Shown: piece by piece, positions 20,846 through 28,346 of the stretch
Layout of the letters: every line of letters starts with the position of its first letter
Position numbering within the stretch: position 1 is the first letter of the stretch
Assembly (NCBI GenBank): GCA_020348445.1
Contig: CP070751.1
Coordinates: 4,588,960-4,652,959, forward strand
Origin: Thermoplasmata archaeon
GTDB taxonomy: Archaea > Thermoplasmatota > Thermoplasmata > GCA-020350865
Reading direction: 5' to 3'
DNA length: 64,000 bases
Made by a program: the position numbers and the translations under genes
The notes under the pieces: model-generated
Databases searched by the model: none
The model's input: the letters and a program-made list of their open reading frames with translations, nothing else
Told to the model about the DNA's origin: nothing

Positions 20846-23092
20846 TTATACTTCTTCTTCTAATTCTTCTTCCATTGGTGGTTCTGCTGGTGGCTCCTCT
20901 GGTGGAAGTGATGGTTTACTCCCGCCTTTTTTAAGCATCATAACAAAGAGAAGCACTATCACTACAATCAAGACGATAATTATTATAAGATACATGGTTG
21001 TTTCTGCTTCTTCTTTGACTTCTTTTTCTACTGTTTGTGGTTCTTTTACTGTTGAGTCCCACGGAGCAGGATCCTCGGTGTCCGCGACTCCGTCTCCATC
21101 GTCATCTGTGTCCTTGTTGTCACCTGTGTTATCCCCATCAGTGTCCACCCACTCTGAGGGATTAGTTGGGAATGCATCGTCGGTATCAAGGACTCCGTCG
21201 TTGTCGTCATCTGTATCTGTTGAGTCGGGCTTATAATCCTTATCAGTGTCAAGGGGTGTGTCGTCTGGATCCTTTGGGTCTGCTCCTTCAGTTCCCTCGA
21301 CTGTATCGTTGTAGCCATCATTGTCATCATCATCATCAGAGGTATCTGCTGTTCCATCACCGTCGAAATCTGGTGCCAGTGTGAAGTCCTGAGTGGTTAC
21401 AGCCGCTGCAGAAATGACTACACCTGTAGTTTCCTTTTCAATTGTCCCCAGTTTAAATGCTGATACTGTATAGGTCCCAGGTTCCATAATCAGTGTGTAA
21501 TTTCCATCAGAATCAGTCTTTGTTCCATGTCCATTTATGGAAATGAAAACATCTGCAATACCAACATCAGATTCATCTGTTACTTTTCCTTTGAGTATCC
21601 CTACGCTTAGTTCCTCAATTATCTCCGTAAAATTGCCTTTTGCAGCATTTAATAGGGCAATGCCGTAGGCAGGGTTATGAGCTCCATGGGAGGCATGTTC
21701 TGCAAGCTCCATATCATATTCAGCCTGCTCGAATAGTTCGTCTAGGTGATCGGTCCAGGTTCCATTTCCCTCTGCAATATCCTTTATACCTCTTTGTATT
21801 ACAACATCATCCTCTTCAATACCGTCAATAATGTGATAAAGAGCCTCGACCTCTTCAGTTAGCGTTTCATGTCTTTCCTGAGCCGCTTCTACTACATGCT
21901 CCCATTCCTCATAAAGTTCAAGATATTCAGTTTCCCATTTGGTCCAGTTTACTGTGTCGTCTACATCTGGGATGGCATATACAACCTCACCGTCCTCAAC
22001 TACAACCTGGCCGTTGTCGAATTCCGGATATCCTTTAAATATCTCTGAGTGGCATTGTAAACAGGCTTGAATTGATGCTGTGAAGCTGTGGCCTTGCCGC
22101 TCATATATCGTGCCTCGTAAACCGCGGGGTGAGCTCCACATATGGCATTCAACACAGGATACTTCATCCATATATGGGTAGTCATCGCGATCAACAGACG
22201 GAGTATCAGCTAGATCCTCGGTTCTCATTGTCTCATGATGACCGCCGTTATGACATGCGTCACAAGAGTCTTCTACTTCCCATCTCAATTGATATTCATG
22301 AGTGTTTGCGGGATCGGGGTGAGGATCATGGCAGTCTCCGCATGTTATGCCTCTGAAATCTTCTTTTGAAATCTGATTTTCAGGCTTAGATTGATCGGCA
22401 CGATCAATTGAACTGTCATATTGAGATGGTGATTTACACCTTGCACAGCGTTTGTTCATTCCATCATCCCAGGATGGATCATTTTCGTAAGGGGCATGCA
22501 TGGATTGGGTCCAACCCCCAATTGTTTCATTTCCCCACTGGCGGTATCCAGAATGGCATCCTGCTTCATCTGTTCCGGCGCATGCCTCGGCATATCTATC
22601 GGGGCCGAGATTGATATCGCTTGCCGATGCAGAACTCTTGTGGGCACTTCCAGGCCCATGGCAATTCTCGCAGCCTATTTTAAGTAGTGGAAGATTGTAG
22701 GGATCATCCCAGGGCAATTCTGGATCAAAACCCCCGATATCTGTCTGGTTGAAACCAACAACGTGACATTCTCCACAATCACCAATTAAATCGGTGGTAC
22801 CATTTTCATAATGACCTCCTACCCTAATCATAGTATATTTGTTCAAATATTCGCCATGGTAGGTCCAGTCTTTAGCAAAATCGATTCCGTGCAAAGTTGC
22901 AGACCAGTTTTGATATTCTTGTGTAGAGGATCCATGTCTGCAGCTATTGCATTCCTCAGAGCCAACGTACGTTTCTCCTGCTCTCGTGCCATGGTCGCCA
23001 GGTCCTTCTGTTTCGTCTGCTGTGGCAACCAATGCGATCACCACAACTAGTACAAAAAATCCGAATATTAACAAGGCGTTTCGTGTGTTCAT
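20846..23092 (-). CDS. Surface-anchored multihaem cytochrome c (c552/NrfA-like fold elements) with beta-sandwich and DxDxDG Ca-binding repeats
   Basis: Signal peptide; 6 CxxCH plus CNSCRH, Cx7CH and CARCK; SHGAHNPAY helical tail; TSP3-like repeats; C-terminal TM. Confidence 0.8.
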   Translation of the reverse strand: MNTRNALLIFGFFVLVVVIALVATADETEGPGDHGTRAGETYVGSEECNSCRHGSSTQEYQNWSATLHGIDFAKDWTYHGEYLNKYTMIRVGGHYENGTTDLIGDCGECHVVGFNQTDIGGFDPELPWDDPYNLPLLKIGCENCHGPGSAHKSSASASDINLGPDRYAEACAGTDEAGCHSGYRQWGNETIGGWTQSMHAPYENDPSWDDGMNKRCARCKSPSQYDSSIDRADQSKPENQISKEDFRGITCGDCHDPHPDPANTHEYQLRWEVEDSCDACHNGGHHETMRTEDLADTPSVDRDDYPYMDEVSCVECHMWSSPRGLRGTIYERQGHSFTASIQACLQCHSEIFKGYPEFDNGQVVVEDGEVVYAIPDVDDTVNWTKWETEYLELYEEWEHVVEAAQERHETLTEEVEALYHIIDGIEEDDVVIQRGIKDIAEGNGTWTDHLDELFEQAEYDMELAEHASHGAHNPAYGIALLNAAKGNFTEIIEELSVGILKGKVTDESDVGIADVFISINGHGTKTDSDGNYTLIMEPGTYTVSAFKLGTIEKETTGVVISAAAVTTQDFTLAPDFDGDGTADTSDDDDDNDGYNDTVEGTEGADPKDPDDTPLDTDKDYKPDSTDTDDDNDGVLDTDDAFPTNPSEWVDTDGDNTGDNKDTDDDGDGVADTEDPAPWDSTVKEPQTVEKEVKEEAETTMYLIIIIVLIVVIVLLFVMMLKKGGSKPSLPPEEPPAEPPMEEELEEEV

Positions 23093-23416
23093 GATGATTC
23101 CCCATCTTTACCCATGAATGTTTGGAAAGAGGTATCAAGGTGACGATATATAAACGTTATTGTTATGTTTTTGAATATGTATAAAAAGTTTTTCGTAATA
23201 ATAGAATCTATATTTGACTTGATTATAATGTTTTTCGCAAATATATTTACGATATTTTATAATTTACTATGAATTCATTATTTAACGCGCTTGATATTCA
23301 GAGATAAAGAATATATAACTTATTCGTCGAGAACCTGATTGATTTCGGGTTAGAAAACTATAAATCTGACGAATCCTATACACGACTCTGGACGTAATCG
23401 ATAAGGGGGAAAAAAG

Positions 23417-23902
23417 ATGACAAAAGATAAGGATTTAAGACCCATGACATACCCAGAATTAGGAGCCTTGCTCCATGGGATTCTTTTTGCGTACGAGAAG
23501 GTTGTTGCGGAATTGTATGAAGGGAAACATAAGATATTGTTTCCATATATTATGGAAGATCTCACAAAGGTTCTGAGCACACAAGATATGAAAATAGTGG
23601 ACCCCAATTTCTCTTTTGAAGAGAACGTTAAAGGCATTACAGCATATCTTTCGAATGATGAGCTGCTAAAAGGAGTGTCCTTAAAAAAGGACGATCAGGA
23701 TAAATATACCTTTGAAATTGAGGAGTGCTCACTTGCCGTGTCCGGCGTTCATGATATCCTTAAATTACACGGAGGCACTTGCCCCTTTGCCTTGGCTGTG
23801 GCAGCAGCTCTTACCAGTGTCCTTTCCGGGGGCCGTTATGTAGATTTAGCTGAATCTGAATATTCAGATAAGGGATCCAAGACCGTGTTAATGATAAAAT
23901 GA
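23417..23902 (+). CDS. Hypothetical protein, possibly V4R-like ligand-binding domain
   Basis: Clean ORF; ECSL...H...TCPFA Cys/His pattern; immediately upstream of Lrp gene. Confidence 0.55.
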   Translation: MTKDKDLRPMTYPELGALLHGILFAYEKVVAELYEGKHKILFPYIMEDLTKVLSTQDMKIVDPNFSFEENVKGITAYLSNDELLKGVSLKKDDQDKYTFEIEECSLAVSGVHDILKLHGGTCPFALAVAAALTSVLSGGRYVDLAESEYSDKGSKTVLMIK

Positions 23903-23924
23903 GATTAACCAGGGGTAGATTGAG

Positions 23925-24488
23925 ATGAAAAAGAAGAACATAAAAAACAAAGGAAAGAAAAAGAAATCAGAGAAAAAAGCCACTGAAGCACCGAGGACTG
24001 AAAAAAATGTTCAAGAATTGTTCTCGGAACTACTATATCAACCCCCAATTGACAATACTGATATGAAATTATTACAGCTTCTTCAAAAGAACGCGAGAAT
24101 GACAAACATAGAACTTGCAGAAAAATTGAATATGAGCGAAGCAACTGTAAGAAGGAGAATCAACAACCTTTTTGACAGGGGATTCATCAGGGGATTCTCA
24201 GCTCTTCTTGATTATAAGAAGATGGGAAATGCCGTGAAAGCCAATGTACTTGCCAAGGTTGATAAGGATAAATTAGAAGAGGTGGCAAATTCTCTAAAGA
24301 AACATAGAAATGCACACATGATATGTCAGGTTATTGGAAGCTATAATCTCTATTGCGAGCTGATTTTTAACAACATGATAGAGCTGCAGGATTTCACTGA
24401 CAAGTTAGCCAATAACGAATATGTGAATAGCATGGAATACTATATTATAACAAAATCGTTTAAAGCATGTCCGTGGTCTGGAATTTAA
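23925..24488 (+). CDS. Lrp/AsnC-family transcriptional regulator
   Basis: NARMTNIELAEKLNMSEATVRRRI HTH; ends KACPWSGI like the paralogue at 20256 (KGVPWTGI). Confidence 0.9.
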   Translation: MKKKNIKNKGKKKKSEKKATEAPRTEKNVQELFSELLYQPPIDNTDMKLLQLLQKNARMTNIELAEKLNMSEATVRRRINNLFDRGFIRGFSALLDYKKMGNAVKANVLAKVDKDKLEEVANSLKKHRNAHMICQVIGSYNLYCELIFNNMIELQDFTDKLANNEYVNSMEYYIITKSFKACPWSGI

Positions 24489-24597
24489 GGACTAATATTA
24501 GAGCTAGTATAATACTATCAGAAATTTATATTTGATTAATTATTATTGGATCAATTCTCTATTCCTCGAATTGGAGGTTTCAATGGGAGCAGTATCC

Positions 24598-25597
24598 TGT
24601 AAAGTAAACAGACATCGGTAACATTCTTTTTCATTTTAACCCGTTAGGGTCTGAGGAATCGGGATGGGATGCTTAGACCCCGAAACGAGGCGATTAATGG
24701 TAAACGCAGTCAGAAATGGACATAAGGTAGGAGAAGTTGCAGAGATATTCGATGTTAGTAGGAAAACCGTATGGAAATGGTGTAAACGGACTATGAAGGT
24801 GGGTAGACCAGTCTACAAGGATCTACCAAAACGTCCGCATACAATTCATAAAAGGGTAACAGAAGCCGCAGAAGTAGCTATAATAGTTCTACGGGAGGCG
24901 TTCAACTGGGGTACACAGCGAATTAAGCTCAATCTTGAACGCCCTCCCTCATATATTCGTACCCTGCTGGAAAGTACTACAGGGAAAGAATGGAAACCTA
25001 TTATATTGAGCAGACAGGCCATTAACAATGTCTTGAAGAAGCATGATATAAACGGTAGTCCTTACAAGAGCAAGAGGGACTGGAACTATTTTAGAGCTTC
25101 GAGACCTGACGAACTCTGGCAGATCGATATCAGGGGACCGATAAGGATAGGTAAAATAAGAGGTTATGTCCTTGTCATACTGGATGACTATTCCAGATAT
25201 CTGATCTGGTGTAAATTCTATGAGAGGATTACCACCAAGGTGGTTCTCTCTGCGTTGTCTTACCTGGCTGTAACAAGGAAGAGAAAGCCACAAAAGATAC
25301 TTGTGGATAATGGAACCCAATTTAAGATATCTTTTGAGAATGGCTGTAAAGATATGGAAATCGAGGTCGAACACACCCCTCCCTATTACCCCCAATGCAA
25401 GGGTAAGGTAGAACGGGTAATTCGGACCTTTAATGAGGAATTCCTCAGGGTTTGCAGTGTATTTGATAACTCCCATGCCCTGATGCCTGAGTTCCAGGCA
25501 TGGTATAATGATTCTCGTTACCATATGGGCATATCTGATTTTCCAAATGAACTATATAACAACCATTTCGATGTTACCTATGTCCCTTGACATTACA
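24598..25597 (+). mobile_element. IS481-family insertion sequence, 1000 bp
   Basis: TGT...ACA ends; 27-bp terminal inverted repeats 24598-24624 and 25571-25597 matching 22/27; transposase stop inside right IR. Confidence 0.9.
24664..25590 (+). CDS. IS481-family DDE transposase
   Basis: N-terminal HTH; RPDELWQID, ILVDNGTQF, KGKVERVIRTFNEE integrase core. Confidence 0.92.
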   Translation: MGCLDPETRRLMVNAVRNGHKVGEVAEIFDVSRKTVWKWCKRTMKVGRPVYKDLPKRPHTIHKRVTEAAEVAIIVLREAFNWGTQRIKLNLERPPSYIRTLLESTTGKEWKPIILSRQAINNVLKKHDINGSPYKSKRDWNYFRASRPDELWQIDIRGPIRIGKIRGYVLVILDDYSRYLIWCKFYERITTKVVLSALSYLAVTRKRKPQKILVDNGTQFKISFENGCKDMEIEVEHTPPYYPQCKGKVERVIRTFNEEFLRVCSVFDNSHALMPEFQAWYNDSRYHMGISDFPNELYNNHFDVTYVP

Positions 25598-25667
25598 GAA
25601 TGCAAAAGGTTAAATACTTGTCCAAAAAAAATCCAATATTCTTAATTATGGCCCACTACATTATATA

Positions 25668-27377
25668 TTGGGTACTATGGTAAAAGAAATTGATTGCCGC
25701 ATGATGTTACTATGGGCATTCTGCTTTCTTATTCTTCTTTCCAACATAGATTTTGATGATGCAGCTATCCATATATGTGATGATAAGATCGAGGCAGATG
25801 GCCTTCGGGAATCTTACCCCCCTCTTTTGGTCCGTACCACCCGCTCTCCAGGTCCTGATCTCACACTGGACCCCCCAGTTGTAATAACAGATGATAGCGA
25901 GAACATCACATTTTCAATCCAGGAACCCAATGAGGGGGAAACAGTTTTGATAAATTCCACTGTTACAAATAATGGTGATGAAAATGCCACGGCATTAGTT
26001 GAGTTCTACGACGGACATCCTGATGAAGAGGATCTCATAGGCTCGGATACGGTCTTCGTAGAGCCTGGATTGTCCATTCCCGTTTCAACACAATGGAACA
26101 CCTCCGGTGAGGACGAGGATCATATCATCTATGTCGTGGTGGACCCTGAAGATGTGGTAAACGAAACCGATGAGAGCAACAACATCGTCCAAAAGGGTAT
26201 CATAGTGAATCAGGTGCCTCTTGCAGACGCTGGGGACGACCTTTTAGCCTTTGTTGATCATCCGGTATTGTTGGATGGAAGCGGCTCGTGGGACTCATCC
26301 TCGGACATTGATGTTCTGAATTACACCTGGGAATTCGGTGACGGGACAACAGGATACGGAGAGATCGTTGAGCACACATACCTTGAAGACGGTACGTTCA
26401 CTGTCACATTAGCGGTTAGGGATAACGGCCTGGCCCTAGGTTTGGATATGATAACCATCGAGGTTCGTCATCTCCCCATCCAAATCACACTGGCTGAGAA
26501 CCTGAAGCCTTTAAGTTGCCGCCCAGGACAGGAGGTGGAGATTTCTGGCAGCATTGAAATCGAATTCTCTCCTGCAATCCCAGATATCGAAATACCCCTC
26601 CTGACGGTGAAGATAGAAATACCGGAAACCGGAAGCAACTGGTCCACGCAATCGGATGTGAATGGAAATTATAGGGTCTATATAACGGCTCCAAATAGCA
26701 CAGGGACCTACACCGTGGAAGCTTCCATCACCTATGGACCGATTTATAGGTCAACTTCAAAAGTTCTTGCGGTCTCGGAGGGAAAAAGTGCTTCCTTCTT
26801 CACAGTGGAATCTGGTTTTATAGTCATAGTCCTGGCCGCAATGGCCGTTTTAGGAATCATATATGGCGGATCTGAGCTGGGAAGGTATAGTATTCTCCTT
26901 ATCATATTCGTTCCACTCTACACACGGATTAAAAAGGACAAGGTTCTGGATCATTTTCACAGAGGCAGGCTCTTCAATTACATAGAACTTCATCCCGGTG
27001 TCACGTTCACGGAACTGAAGAAGAAATTCTCCTTTAAAAACGGCAATCTGGTGTATCATTTAAATTTCCTGGAGAAAACGGAATTCATAAAATCCTTTAA
27101 AGAGGGAAGGCACAGGCGGTTCTATCTCAAGGGTGATTTCTCGAGGACTGAGGATTTCTCAATATATGTCAATGATATCCAAAAAAAGATCATTTCCGTG
27201 ATAGAGCAGAATCCGGGCGTCACCCAAAGCAGGATCGCGGCTATCCTAGGAACCTCCCGGCAGAAGATAAGCTATAATATCAATACTCTGGATTATGCAG
27301 GCCTTATCCACAGCGTCAGGGAGGGAAGCCGCAAGATAAGGTATTACCCGGTGGAGGCCGAGGGGAAAGCAACGTGA
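25668..27377 (+). CDS. Membrane-spanning regulator: CARDB + PKD domains, TM, C-terminal winged HTH domains
   Basis: VDPEDVVNETDESNN (CARDB), YTWEFGDGTTG (PKD), TM, RGRLFNYIELHPG...LVYHL wHTH. Confidence 0.8.
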   Translation: MGTMVKEIDCRMMLLWAFCFLILLSNIDFDDAAIHICDDKIEADGLRESYPPLLVRTTRSPGPDLTLDPPVVITDDSENITFSIQEPNEGETVLINSTVTNNGDENATALVEFYDGHPDEEDLIGSDTVFVEPGLSIPVSTQWNTSGEDEDHIIYVVVDPEDVVNETDESNNIVQKGIIVNQVPLADAGDDLLAFVDHPVLLDGSGSWDSSSDIDVLNYTWEFGDGTTGYGEIVEHTYLEDGTFTVTLAVRDNGLALGLDMITIEVRHLPIQITLAENLKPLSCRPGQEVEISGSIEIEFSPAIPDIEIPLLTVKIEIPETGSNWSTQSDVNGNYRVYITAPNSTGTYTVEASITYGPIYRSTSKVLAVSEGKSASFFTVESGFIVIVLAAMAVLGIIYGGSELGRYSILLIIFVPLYTRIKKDKVLDHFHRGRLFNYIELHPGVTFTELKKKFSFKNGNLVYHLNFLEKTEFIKSFKEGRHRRFYLKGDFSRTEDFSIYVNDIQKKIISVIEQNPGVTQSRIAAILGTSRQKISYNINTLDYAGLIHSVREGSRKIRYYPVEAEGKAT

Positions 27378-27639
27378 GGAACTTGAGATTGAGATTAAAG
27401 ATCAATGGAAATAATGATCATTCTCCCCCTAAGGATTTGAATATGTCTTGGCCATGCAGCGGGATTGGTATTGTAATTTCTTATTATCGAGCTCATATTC
27501 AATTCACAATATACTGACGAAAAATTTTAAATAGTTGTCAAAGTGAGTTCCAATATTCTTATTAATGTACCTAACCAATGAAATATGCGTACAACACAGA
27601 TAGATCTAATCCGAATTAGAAGGTAGGAGATGATATAAT

Positions 27640-28305
27640 ATGAATGAAAACAAAAGGAAAATTAAGCCAGGCCTAAAAAGTCTGGGTAGTGGGCACAGGA
27701 CACTGGGAAAAACCATTGGAATAATTGTTTTGATTACCGCTGCTCTGCTGATGGTATCCGGAAGTTCCATTGCCATGTTTATCGAAGTGCAGAGCTGGGA
27801 GACCGACATGGGTGAGTGGACAAAGGATTACGACCTGCCGGAGGATCCGAATCTTATGGGAGAAGCAAGTGCAGGTAAACTCGTTTACTGGCACATTGAA
27901 AGGACAGACAAAATTGCCTATAAGGGCAAGTGGTGCCTGGAGCTTGCAATAGACGGCAGGCAGGACGACGGCACCGTGTGGATGGAGAAAATTGTCCCAG
28001 CAAATCCAAAGGCACCAGTCACCGTTGTATTCATCGATTTCTATGTGTACAGCAAATGGAAATCGGCCGCTAACCAATGGAAGGTCCTAGCCTACGCGGG
28101 TGTAGAGGATCCCGATAGGGAGAACGACTTCACAATAGTGGGCTATACCGAACCAGGAGTGGGCTGGTTCCGATACAGGCTTGTTGAAAGAATCTGGACC
28201 CACGGAAGTGATGATATCTACGTGGCCTTCGGCATTTCAGTGCTCTGGGAAAGCTACCGCGAATATCATTTCGACCACGTGATTGTGCGCACAACAGGAA
28301 TTTAG
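27640..28305 (+). CDS. Secreted/anchored hypothetical protein
   Basis: Basic N-terminus + hydrophobic segment, Trp-rich beta-type domain; coherent ORF. Confidence 0.6.
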   Translation: MNENKRKIKPGLKSLGSGHRTLGKTIGIIVLITAALLMVSGSSIAMFIEVQSWETDMGEWTKDYDLPEDPNLMGEASAGKLVYWHIERTDKIAYKGKWCLELAIDGRQDDGTVWMEKIVPANPKAPVTVVFIDFYVYSKWKSAANQWKVLAYAGVEDPDRENDFTIVGYTEPGVGWFRYRLVERIWTHGSDDIYVAFGISVLWESYREYHFDHVIVRTTGI

Positions 28306-28346
28306 AGAGGATTAACGCCCTAAAAAAACCTTAAGGAGGGATAAAA

